The notes beneath the pieces are model-generated. The model ran no database searches. It had not been told where the DNA came from and saw only the letters and a list, made by a program, of their open reading frames with translations. The position numbers were made by a program, and so were the translations under genes. 64,000 nt of DNA from Promethearchaeota archaeon (GTDB lineage Archaea; Asgardarchaeota; Lokiarchaeia; Sigyniarchaeales; SOKP01), in NCBI GenBank assembly GCA_019057865.1, contig JAHLWP010000008.1, positions 32,001-96,000 on the forward strand. The letters run 5' to 3'. Position 1 is the first letter of the stretch, and every line of letters begins with the position of its first letter. Shown in pieces: positions 39,590 to 48,738 of the stretch.

Positions 39590-40399
39590 TTATATGGCAA
39601 TATATATTTTACCAGTTGATTCCTTAGTTACCGAATGATCTCCACTATACTCAATAAACTTACCTGTAATTTTTTCTCCATTCGGTAATTCAATTTCTTT
39701 CACTTCACCTACTTTTTTAAAGGAGGGAAGTCTTCTTGAAACTTTACCTTTAATAACAATAATACCTCGCGCTTGATCGGCACCAGCACACCTATCGCAA
39801 TCTCCTTCTACAACAATAGTACCACCATGGTTATGAATCCCAAGAAGTGCTCCTGCACTTCCACAATATAATGTTGGCCATCTATTGTTTGGTTTTGAAC
39901 TTCTTGCCCAAAGCATGGATTCATTTCCGACTTTACCTTTTACCTTTATTACTCCATTTTTCATACCCTGCCAATTGCCTCTATACGCTGCTCCGACATA
40001 ATGACCTGCATCTCCCATTATTTCTAATTCGCCACCTTGGAGCATGGCACCTGCCCAATCATCAGCATTTCCATTCACTAAAATTTTTCCCCCAAACATA
40101 TTATTTCCCACATGCATTCCAACATTACCATTTATAATTATCTCACCACCACTCATTTGCTCTCCAATTCTTTTCACGTTTGATAGATCTCCATCAATAA
40201 TTATTGTAGTATCATTAACATTACCTGATTTTCCAGAAACACTAAAATAATCTCCTATTACAATATTTTCATTTCCATGGTATAATGGCAACTTTTTAAT
40301 TCCATCAAGAGTTTTTCCAGCAAAATTATCTGGTGTTATACTTTCTGCTTCTAAAGGGAATTTAGGCTGCTTTTTTAATTTCAACTTTATCTCTGCCAT
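39590..40399 (-). CDS. fwdC: Formylmethanofuran dehydrogenase subunit C
   Basis: LEAESITPD, GXGXG beta-helix repeats, GAAYRG..GM. Confidence 0.92.
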   Translation of the reverse strand: MAEIKLKLKKQPKFPLEAESITPDNFAGKTLDGIKKLPLYHGNENIVIGDYFSVSGKSGNVNDTTIIIDGDLSNVKRIGEQMSGGEIIINGNVGMHVGNNMFGGKILVNGNADDWAGAMLQGGELEIMGDAGHYVGAAYRGNWQGMKNGVIKVKGKVGNESMLWARSSKPNNRWPTLYCGSAGALLGIHNHGGTIVVEGDCDRCAGADQARGIIVIKGKVSRRLPSFKKVGEVKEIELPNGEKITGKFIEYSGDHSVTKESTGKIYIAI

Positions 40400-40402
40400 T
40401 AC

Positions 40403-41731
40403 TTACTCTCCCATTTTTTCCTTTATTTTTTCAATTAATTTTTCCAATATTTCTTTATCAGATAAGCAATCTTCAGGAGCATCTTTCACTTTTCTTAGTC
40501 TTATAGGAACATTATCCATGCGGTAAGCAGTTCCTTCACATTCAATTCCTGCAATTGCTGCTGGGAAATTAATGTCAGCATTCACAGAAGTTGGTGTTTC
40601 GTGGGGTTCAATAGAAATTAAAGGATGTTTAAATAAATTTTTAACGGAAGCCGCTGGAAAATTACTCGCAGGATCAGATGCTACTATTAAGGATGCATCA
40701 ATTTCATCTTTCATTAAAAGATCTACTGCTGAAAATTCTCCGGGATTATATCGGGGATATCCTTTTGAGAAATCAATAGAATAAGCATAACCAGTATTCC
40801 AAGCAAAAACGGTATTAGCTCCAGTTACATTATAATGACCTCGCATAGGCATTAGTAGAAATTTAGTATGATCGTTAAGTTCTCTAACTAAGGAAATGGC
40901 AGCATCTATGTTTCTATGGTGAGCTAATGAATGAGTTAACCCCATACCAAAAAATATAACTCCAAAGTTACATGTCTTTAAAATTTTAACTAATTCTTTG
41001 ATCTTTTCCATTGGAACACCTGAAATTTCCTTTTCATCTAATTCTACTCCTCTTAACATTGCTCTAATAGCATTTATTAATTCATAATCTTCGTTAGGCT
41101 TTATCTGAACATAGAGATCTGCTATTTGGGCAGTGTGAGTGTTTCTGGGATCAACAACGACAATATATCTGTCATATCTGCCATCTTTTCTAAAATATCC
41201 TCTTACAAACTCACTATACCTCCCAAGATGCCTTGGATGAGCATGAACTGGATTGGATCCCCAAAAGATCACAAGATCTGCCCTATTTTTAAAATCACCC
41301 AAAGTTGCCATAGGAGCTCCCACATCTTGGATTGCCAATAAACTAGGACCATGACAAACTGAAGCCGTGTTATCTAAAATTCCACCTAACAACTCTGCTA
41401 ACTCAACACCTTTACTTTGAGCTTCGCATTCTGTACTAGAAAAACCATAAAGTAAGGATCTTTTGGTATTAATTAAAATTTCTGCGGCTTTATCAAATGC
41501 TTCATCCCAAGATACTTCTTTAAATGATTTATTGTCTCTGATCCGAGGTTTGGTGTATCTATGTCCGCTTGGATTTGATGAAAAGAATTTTTTTGTGCCA
41601 ATTTGACAACCATTCCTTACTTCCACAATCGTTTCTTCTTTAATATCTACATCAACTTCTAAATCATCGCATAAAGTTCCGCAAAAGGGACAGACAACAT
41701 CTAAAACAGTCCTTAATTTCCTTTCCACCAT
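40403..41731 (-). CDS. fwdB: Formylmethanofuran dehydrogenase subunit B (Cys ligand)
   Basis: CPFCGTLCDD, SVCHGPS, WGSNPVHAHPRH, MRGHYNV, GTAYRMD. Confidence 0.95.
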   Translation of the reverse strand: MVERKLRTVLDVVCPFCGTLCDDLEVDVDIKEETIVEVRNGCQIGTKKFFSSNPSGHRYTKPRIRDNKSFKEVSWDEAFDKAAEILINTKRSLLYGFSSTECEAQSKGVELAELLGGILDNTASVCHGPSLLAIQDVGAPMATLGDFKNRADLVIFWGSNPVHAHPRHLGRYSEFVRGYFRKDGRYDRYIVVVDPRNTHTAQIADLYVQIKPNEDYELINAIRAMLRGVELDEKEISGVPMEKIKELVKILKTCNFGVIFFGMGLTHSLAHHRNIDAAISLVRELNDHTKFLLMPMRGHYNVTGANTVFAWNTGYAYSIDFSKGYPRYNPGEFSAVDLLMKDEIDASLIVASDPASNFPAASVKNLFKHPLISIEPHETPTSVNADINFPAAIAGIECEGTAYRMDNVPIRLRKVKDAPEDCLSDKEILEKLIEKIKEKMGE

Positions 41732-41733
41732 TA

Positions 41734-42129
41734 TTATGCCACCCTTAACGTTTTTATTAAATCAAGAGCATCTAAAACATTACCATTTCTAACTACTTCT
41801 ACTTTTGCTTTCATCCCTTTATAAGTTGGCGTACCACATGATTGAGTATCGGGATTTACAACTTGGTTTGCCCAAGGTCCCAGAGGCATAAATATTATAC
41901 CCTGATGGGGACCTTCTTCAGAAATAGTAGAATAAGCCATTACTTCTCCAAAATCAGTAATAACTTTAACAGGAGTTCCTACAAGACAGTCTAATTTCTT
42001 AAAGTCTTCTTTATCAAATGTACAAATAGCAGCTGCTCTTACATTTTCTTTAGTTGTTTTACCACCTTCGAGAGCAACTCCTTGATTAATTGTCCTTCCA
42101 GTTAATAAAATCAAATTGTTTAAACTCAT
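41734..42129 (-). CDS. fwdD: Formylmethanofuran dehydrogenase subunit D
   Basis: LLTGRTINQG, FMPLGPWAN, GTPTYKG. Confidence 0.9.
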   Translation of the reverse strand: MSLNNLILLTGRTINQGVALEGGKTTKENVRAAAICTFDKEDFKKLDCLVGTPVKVITDFGEVMAYSTISEEGPHQGIIFMPLGPWANQVVNPDTQSCGTPTYKGMKAKVEVVRNGNVLDALDLIKTLRVA

Positions 42130-42851
42130 TCTTCTTGTTCCTCTTTTTCACTCCATCTTAAAGTCTTTAATCTTTCTAATAAAGGTTCCCAAAACATCTC
42201 AACAAATTCACCAGATGTCTTAACATCTGTAATTTCTAACTTAATTGCTCCTGTCGGACAACCATTATCGCAGGAACCGCAGAAAATGCATTTCTCTTCG
42301 TCTACAACTACATTTGGGACTGTTTCCCACCCTTTATCAGACTTTTCTGGGACTGTAATTGCTCCAGACGGACATACTTCGTAGCAGGTTTGACATCCAC
42401 CAGGGCATTCTTCATCAACAATACTTATTTTACCATCGGTATATTGTTTAGCAACCCTTTCAATTCCATCATAGCTAGTAATCTTCTTAGCTTCAAATTC
42501 CAGTTTGGGGACAACATGCTCTTTTACAATTTGGATATCATCTAATTCAATTACTTCCCCGTCCTTTTTCAGCGTTAGAGCACTAAATGGACACATGTAC
42601 ACACAAGTTCCGCAGAAGACGCAAGCTTCTGGGTCATAAACTTCAGGGATTATATCTTCTAAAGTCGGAAATCGACGGGATGTTCCAACTGGACCGCGAG
42701 AAATAGCATCCTTAGGACAAACTCTAGCACAGGTTCCGCAACCTATGCATTTGCTTTTGTCTAATATTAATTCTAAACTTTCAGTTAAAAACTGAACCTT
42801 TACATGTTCTGTCTCTTTACTAATCGATCTTGATATTTTTGGAAATGAAAT
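42126..42851 (-). CDS. FwdF/G-like polyferredoxin (four 4Fe-4S motifs), probable ATT start
   Basis: Frame is open upstream of the listed GTG (42602) to a TAG at 42857-42855 and adds CIGCGTCARVCP and CVFCGTCVYMCP; ATT at 42851 lies 6 nt after GAGGTG. Confidence 0.8.
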   Translation of the reverse strand: MSFPKISRSISKETEHVKVQFLTESLELILDKSKCIGCGTCARVCPKDAISRGPVGTSRRFPTLEDIIPEVYDPEACVFCGTCVYMCPFSALTLKKDGEVIELDDIQIVKEHVVPKLEFEAKKITSYDGIERVAKQYTDGKISIVDEECPGGCQTCYEVCPSGAITVPEKSDKGWETVPNVVVDEEKCIFCGSCDNGCPTGAIKLEITDVKTSGEFVEMFWEPLLERLKTLRWSEKEEQEE

Positions 42852-42861
42852 TTTCTACACC

Positions 42862-43119
42862 TCATTTAACTTCTAATAATTCTAATTTGATTGCATTTAC
42901 AGGGCAAAATTTGACGCAAACTCCACATCCATCACAATTATGGGTTCTATTCTCATTAAAGATATCATAAGCCATCCCATTTTTGACTAAAATTACAGCA
43001 TTCTCTTGAGTTAAATAACCCATCTCTTTTAATTGATTAAAATTTATAGGACAAGAGGTTACACAGATATTACATCCTATACAAGTGTTCTTATTTATTT
43101 TTAGTCGATAAACCTGCAT
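42862..43119 (-). CDS. 2x[4Fe-4S] ferredoxin (FwdG/H-like)
   Basis: CIGCNICVTSCP and CDGCGVCVKFCP; first gene of the fwd operon. Confidence 0.85.
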   Translation of the reverse strand: MQVYRLKINKNTCIGCNICVTSCPINFNQLKEMGYLTQENAVILVKNGMAYDIFNENRTHNCDGCGVCVKFCPVNAIKLELLEVK

Positions 43120-43403
43120 CTCTTTTCCTCATTTTCAAATAGATTAGTCGATGATTTCTTACATAGGCGTAAAATATTTGTAGATTTATAAGTATTTAAT
43201 AATATCCGTCAATATTTTAAATTTTATAATTAACTTAGATTGTAGAAAGTATATTTTTTTAAAAAATTTGTTATAGGAATTAGTAAGTCATAAATTAATA
43301 TAAAATTCTAAACTTATTTGTTAATTTAAATTTATCATATTATTTTATAATATAAATTATCCTTAGTTTAAAAGAAAAAAAGAAATAAATATTATTTAAA
43401 AGT

Positions 43404-43919
43404 TCATTCATTATTAGGATGAATAGGCTTCAAATATGGAAGATTTTTTATTTCCATCAAAGTTCCGGTAGCCTTGATCAATTTTCTGAAATCAGGTCCG
43501 GGGATTTGTAAAGTTTCGGTATTAACATTTGGATGGCAACAAACCATTTCGGCATTCCATATCTGTTCATCAACCATGAAAATCACCTTATTATTAGTAT
43601 CATTAACTAATGCAATCGGAGATACAGCACCAGCAGTAATACCTAATATCTCAGAAAGGTCTTCAGGTTCGGCAAAGCGAACTTTTGGAGCACGTATCAA
43701 TTTACGGAATTGGTTTAAATCCAGACGCTTTTCATGAGGTATGGTAACTAAATATAATTGCCCGGATTTTTTATTCTTAAGAAACAAATTTTTACAATGA
43801 GTACCCGGGATGTGTCCACAATGCACTCTCGCTTCTGGTACAGTGAACACAGCCGGGTGAGTATGTAAGACATATCGAATATAATGGTCAGCTAGCCATC
43901 GCTTTAATGAATCTTCCAT
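43404..43919 (-). CDS. YbaK/ProX-family tRNA editing protein (ProXp-ala/PrdX-like)
   Basis: HPAVFTV, HCKNLFLK, GAVSP, HPNVN. Confidence 0.88.
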   Translation of the reverse strand: MEDSLKRWLADHYIRYVLHTHPAVFTVPEARVHCGHIPGTHCKNLFLKNKKSGQLYLVTIPHEKRLDLNQFRKLIRAPKVRFAEPEDLSEILGITAGAVSPIALVNDTNNKVIFMVDEQIWNAEMVCCHPNVNTETLQIPGPDFRKLIKATGTLMEIKNLPYLKPIHPNNE

Positions 43920-44090
43920 TTTTCTTACATTTAAATAAAAAATAACTGCGTTATAAGTTTTAACAATAAATTCAAAAAAAGAAGCTTACAAATTATAAAA
44001 CAAATGTTTTTAAATTCTTTAAAATCATTTCATAATATTAAAAATTAAGGTACTTCAAATAAAGAAATCTGATATATAGGGATTTAAGTT

Positions 44091-45746
44091 ATGAAAAATA
44101 ATGTATTTACTTTTATTGTTGGTGGAAAAGCTGGAGAAGGTGTAAAGAAAGCAGGATCAGTAACGGCACATATTTTTTCAAGTATGGGAAGATATGTTTT
44201 TCAAATGGATGACTATATGAGCTTAATAAGAGGAGGTCATAATTTCTCAGTTGTTAGTACTTCTCAAAGATGGATCAGCAGTCATTATATGAAAGCAAAT
44301 TTGATAGTAAATTTTGATAAAAGAAGCTGTGAAACTCATATTAATGATGTTGATGAGGAAGGGATTATTATTTTTAATTCAGATGAACAAGAGGATGTAG
44401 AAGGGATTGGAGTTCCATTAAGCTCGATAGCTAAAAAATATCCCCTTAAAAGCTTAATGTATGGAGTTGGGGCTGTAGCGGTTTTATCTTCTGTTATAGG
44501 TTTTAAAAAAGAAGAAATGAATCAAATCATAAAAACTGAGTATCCAAGAGGTATTGATAATAATATTTCTTTTGCAAGTGAGATATATGATATTGTAAAT
44601 CCTAAATGTGGAAGTAAGTTTCCTTTAGAAAGAGGAGACTATAAGAGACCAATCATAACAGGCAATGAAGCAATAAGTTTTGGTGCGATCGCTAGTGGAT
44701 TAGATACTTATTATGGATATCCAATGACTCCAGCTTCATCAATTTTACATTTTTTAGCTAAGCAAGCCGAAAATTTTGGTTTAGCAGTTGTTCATGCTGA
44801 AAGTGAAATTGCTGTGATAAATATGGCTATTGGTTCTGCATTCACAGGGACAAAATCTATGGTTGGTACAAGTGGAGGAGGCTTTGCACTTATGACAGAG
44901 GGCTTTTCTTTAGCAGGTATGACAGAAACTCCCTTATTAGTGATATTATCCCAGAGACCCGGACCTGCCACTGGTGTACCTACTTATACAGAGCAAGCAG
45001 ATCTAACATCTTCTCTTTCAGCTGGTCATGGAGATTTCCTGCGAATTGTAGCATCTCCTGGAACCATAGAAGAAGCCTATTATTTAACAGCGGAAATGAT
45101 GGACATTGTGTGGAAATTTCAAACACCAGGAATCCTACTTACTGAAAAACATTTATCAGAAAGTAGTATAACAGTTGATATTGAGATTGAAAAGGCTAAG
45201 TGGGCTGAACCTAAGATGCATCAAGGTGAAAATTATAAGAGATATCTTGATACGAAGGATGGTATTTCTCCTATGTTATTTCCTCCATCGAAAGAAATCA
45301 TAAAATGGAATAGTTACGAACATGATGAGTTTGGAATTACAACTGAAGATGCTAATCTGATAGAAAAGATGCATGATAAAAGAAATAAAAAAAATAGAGT
45401 AATTCAAGACTATCTGATGAACTTAAATACTGTTAATGTTTATGGAAATGGGGAACCGATAATTTTTTCCTACGGGTCTACTACCATGAGTGTATTAGAA
45501 GCACTTAAATACGGTAATATTGAAGCAACAGTAGTTCAACCTATATATTTAAATCCCATACCTATCTGGAATCTTGAAAGTTATAGAGATAAAGAGAATT
45601 TAGTCGTGGAAATGAGCTCAACAGGTCAATTTGCAACTTTACTTAAAGAAAAAATAGGGATCTCTCCTAAAGCAGAGTTAAGGCAATATAATGGAAGGCC
45701 TTTTGATCCTATTGACTTATCTAATAAAATAAAAGAGGTGTTTTAA
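44091..45746 (+). CDS. korA: 2-oxoacid:ferredoxin oxidoreductase alpha subunit (gamma-alpha fusion)
   Basis: GGKAGEG, IRGGHN, GYPMTPAS, ESEIA, TSGGG, QRPGPATG. Confidence 0.9.
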   Translation: MKNNVFTFIVGGKAGEGVKKAGSVTAHIFSSMGRYVFQMDDYMSLIRGGHNFSVVSTSQRWISSHYMKANLIVNFDKRSCETHINDVDEEGIIIFNSDEQEDVEGIGVPLSSIAKKYPLKSLMYGVGAVAVLSSVIGFKKEEMNQIIKTEYPRGIDNNISFASEIYDIVNPKCGSKFPLERGDYKRPIITGNEAISFGAIASGLDTYYGYPMTPASSILHFLAKQAENFGLAVVHAESEIAVINMAIGSAFTGTKSMVGTSGGGFALMTEGFSLAGMTETPLLVILSQRPGPATGVPTYTEQADLTSSLSAGHGDFLRIVASPGTIEEAYYLTAEMMDIVWKFQTPGILLTEKHLSESSITVDIEIEKAKWAEPKMHQGENYKRYLDTKDGISPMLFPPSKEIIKWNSYEHDEFGITTEDANLIEKMHDKRNKKNRVIQDYLMNLNTVNVYGNGEPIIFSYGSTTMSVLEALKYGNIEATVVQPIYLNPIPIWNLESYRDKENLVVEMSSTGQFATLLKEKIGISPKAELRQYNGRPFDPIDLSNKIKEVF

Positions 45747-45750
45747 TAAA

Positions 45751-46590
45751 TTGGAAGATCTTAAAACTAGTGCCGAAATTACTTGGTGTCCAGGATGTGG
45801 TAATTTTGGAATCTTTACTGCCATTCGTAATGCAATTCCAATATTAGAAAAAAATGGAATTTCGAGAGAAAAGATTGTAATGACAGCGGGTATTGGATGT
45901 CATGCTAAAATATTTGATTACTTGAATTTAAGTGGCTTTTATGGACTACATGGAAGGAATACTTCAAACTCAGAAGGTATAAAGATTGCAAATCCTGATT
46001 TAAACATAATTAATTTTTCTGGAGATGCAAATGGATTAGCAGAAGGATTAGCACATACAATGTTCGCAGCAAAAAGAAATCAAGATATGACATATATTTT
46101 ACATAATAATAGTGTATATGCTCTAACAACAGGGCAATTCTCTCCATTAGCAGAAAAAGGTTGGAAAGGGCCCTCTACTCCCAGAGGAAGCTATGAAGAA
46201 CCATTTAATCCAATGTCTTTAATGATTGAGGCAGGTGCTACTTTTGTTGCAAGAGGTTTCTCTGGAGACATAAAGCATCTCACAGATATTATAGTACAAG
46301 GAGTTGAGCATGAAGGTTTCTCTTTCATAGAAGTATTACAACCTGCTGTCCCATACCATAAATGGAGAGAATATCGAGATCGTGTTGAGTATCTTGAAAA
46401 AGAACCAAAAACTTATTTTGAAGCTATTAAAACTGCCAAAGAAAAACATAAGTTTACTTTAGGAATGTTTTATAGAACTCAACGATCTGTTTATCACAAA
46501 GAATTGTACGGTGATCATAATCCCATAACTCAGAGAATAACTCGAGAAGAGAGATTGAAAAAAATTAGAGCTATACTTTTTCTTAAATAA
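45751..46590 (+). CDS. korB: 2-oxoacid:ferredoxin oxidoreductase beta subunit
   Basis: WCPGCGNF, GIGC, LHGR, SGD TPP motif, YALTTGQFSP. Confidence 0.9.
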   Translation: MEDLKTSAEITWCPGCGNFGIFTAIRNAIPILEKNGISREKIVMTAGIGCHAKIFDYLNLSGFYGLHGRNTSNSEGIKIANPDLNIINFSGDANGLAEGLAHTMFAAKRNQDMTYILHNNSVYALTTGQFSPLAEKGWKGPSTPRGSYEEPFNPMSLMIEAGATFVARGFSGDIKHLTDIIVQGVEHEGFSFIEVLQPAVPYHKWREYRDRVEYLEKEPKTYFEAIKTAKEKHKFTLGMFYRTQRSVYHKELYGDHNPITQRITREERLKKIRAILFLK

Positions 46591-46710
46591 TAATTTTCCA
46601 TTTTTATGTTATTTTTAACAGTACACTTATTAATTCTTGCACGAATTTTTAATTAAGCATATATTTTCTTATAAAATTCTTAGTTAAAAACATGTGTTAG
46701 GAAGATAAGT

Positions 46711-47865
46711 ATGGAAATAACTAGAAGTGAGGACTGTCTGATATTTAATGGTCTTACACCTGAAATTACTAGGATGAATAGAGTCTATGATGCATTCGCA
46801 GAATTTATGAGCAATAAACAGGCTAATGATCCATCCGATAGATTTAATTTTATTGTATTTCAAGAAGATGGTCCAAATTATTTAAATAATTTCACATTAT
46901 ATCCTGAATATATTATAGATACGTTGAAATCGTTAAATGCTACAATAACTAGGGCTAATGTAGCGGGAGGAATTTTTGTGGCTGTAACATTCATAATTGA
47001 TGTATTTAAAAAAATTTCTGATAAATTTTTTCGTTTAATTATTCTTGTGGATGAAGGTTCTCGAAAAATTCCGCCTCAATTTATTCCTGTTTTGGAAGAC
47101 CTAATTTATAAAGTTAAAGATATGCCTTTTTTCATAGACGTTATACGTATTAATGACTATAATCTTCAAGAAGGAGAAAAACTGAATAAATTGGCTAAAA
47201 TATGTAATGGTAAATTATATGAAATACATAGAATTCGAGATCTTTTTCCGTTATTAGAAAAACTTTCAGAAAAGAAATATATTAAAATACCTGAATTTTA
47301 TTTTAAACCAAGTGCCCCCCACATTCCAAACGAAAACCAGCCGTTTTATATTAATCTGGCTGATGCTCCAATAGAGGTAGAAAAAACGTCAACATGTGCT
47401 ATTTGCTTTCAAAAAGATAATTATAATATTGTACAATGTCCATCATGTGAAACTTTAGCACATAAGACATGTTGGGCTCAGTGGGCTAAAACTACTAATA
47501 TTGGAATTCCACATGTTTTTAGGTGCCATAATTGTTTTAATATATTAAAACTTGATAGTGATTTTGTTCATGATGTTCAAGCAGGGAGGTTACCTACTGC
47601 AGAACAATTAAGAGAAGTAAAAGTGCGGAATATTGTTGAATATTTACAGGATTTAGAGGCAAAACAAAAACCAGAAATAATTCATGTTCCTGACCCAATG
47701 GCAATAGAAGGGGTAGCTACTGAATATATTGAAGAAGGTCCTCTGGAGGATAATATTTATGAGAGAAAAAAATCTGAAATAAATGTAATAATTTGCCCTA
47801 ACTGTAGTAAAATTGCTACAAGTATGAAAAAAAATTGCCCTTACTGTGGGTTTGAATTGTTTTAA
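46711..47865 (+). CDS. vWA-like domain + C4HC3 RING/PHD-like finger + zinc ribbon protein
   Basis: DRFNFIVF, RLIILVD, LAKICNGKLY (vWA); CAIC..CPSC...HKTC...CHNC; CPNC..CPYCG. Confidence 0.7.
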   Translation: MEITRSEDCLIFNGLTPEITRMNRVYDAFAEFMSNKQANDPSDRFNFIVFQEDGPNYLNNFTLYPEYIIDTLKSLNATITRANVAGGIFVAVTFIIDVFKKISDKFFRLIILVDEGSRKIPPQFIPVLEDLIYKVKDMPFFIDVIRINDYNLQEGEKLNKLAKICNGKLYEIHRIRDLFPLLEKLSEKKYIKIPEFYFKPSAPHIPNENQPFYINLADAPIEVEKTSTCAICFQKDNYNIVQCPSCETLAHKTCWAQWAKTTNIGIPHVFRCHNCFNILKLDSDFVHDVQAGRLPTAEQLREVKVRNIVEYLQDLEAKQKPEIIHVPDPMAIEGVATEYIEEGPLEDNIYERKKSEINVIICPNCSKIATSMKKNCPYCGFELF

Positions 47866-47915
47866 TTTATCTAATTTCCTCGTATTTTTAGCTTATTTTT
47901 GAAATATTTCGATTT

Positions 47916-48005
47916 TCAGATTAAATCTATTCGACCTATTGCTCTAAATGGTAATTCACTATGGAATTTGTCGTAATCAAAAATTCTCCTTCCATCTATG
48001 AGATT
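47916..48005 (-). repeat. Duplicated 3' end of the nucleotide-sugar dehydrogenase gene
   Basis: 47921..48005 is 81/85 identical to 48744..48828; encodes NLIDGRRIFDYDKFHSELPFRAIGRIDLI*. Confidence 0.9.
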
Positions 48006-48251
48006 ATAACAATTTTAGAAGAGAACTTTTGCTATTTTTTATCTTTAATTGAACTCTTACCAAAATATCAAAATAAAGGGATTGGTACTTAATTAAATAA
48101 AGATTTAATATTAAAGACAAATAAAAGTAATGAATGTATTAAATTACAAGTACTTAAAGTAAACAATAATGCTCAAAGACTTTATAAGCGTTTAGGCTTT
48201 TCAATTAAGGGCGAATCAGAAACACACTTTCAAATGATATACAAAAAATAA
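48006..48251 (+). pseudogene. GNAT acetyltransferase fragment
   Basis: IELLPKYQNKGIGT-TAA(48090-48092)-...LQVLKVNNNAQRLYKRLGF; 5' part missing, begins exactly at the repeat junction. Confidence 0.75.
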
Positions 48252-48271
48252 TTGTCTTCTTAAAGATAGAC

Positions 48272-48529
48272 TTAATGATTTTGGAAGCTGGGAGTTTTTA
48301 GATCCATTATTTTATATTTGCTGGGGTTAAATATCCATTCGTTTTTACATTTTTTAGAACAAAAATAGTGCTTTGCAGGTTCTTGAGTGATATTTATAAA
48401 AACAAATTTGTAAGGTCTATCATAGTTACCTTGATACTTTTTTACAGGTTTTCCACATAATTCACATTTTTTTTTCAAGAGAATCATACTTCCATTTATT
48501 TCTTCTGCGGAATCTTTAAATACTTTCAT
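48272..48529 (-). CDS. Small TRASH/MYM-like zinc-finger protein
   Basis: CELCG ... YFCSKKC. Confidence 0.6.
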   Translation of the reverse strand: MKVFKDSAEEINGSMILLKKKCELCGKPVKKYQGNYDRPYKFVFINITQEPAKHYFCSKKCKNEWIFNPSKYKIMDLKTPSFQNH

Positions 48530-48738
48530 TTTTTTGATTTTCTAATATTTTCCATTTTATCTTCTTCTACTCTTAATAGTATTCTAGTTTACCTATAAAA
48601 TTATTGTTTCTGTTAATAATAAATTAAAAGATGAATTTGCGAATCTGTTCCATTCTTAGTTCAAAATAGTGGTATAATTCACTTAAATAGCCCATCCACA
48701 AAATTGTCCAAAAAAATCTCTATTCAGTTAATTGAGGT

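Noticed and set aside
40403-41731. Selenocysteine form of FwdB (and of the visible part of HdrA)
   Set aside because: The ligand positions are Cys codons; no in-frame TGA
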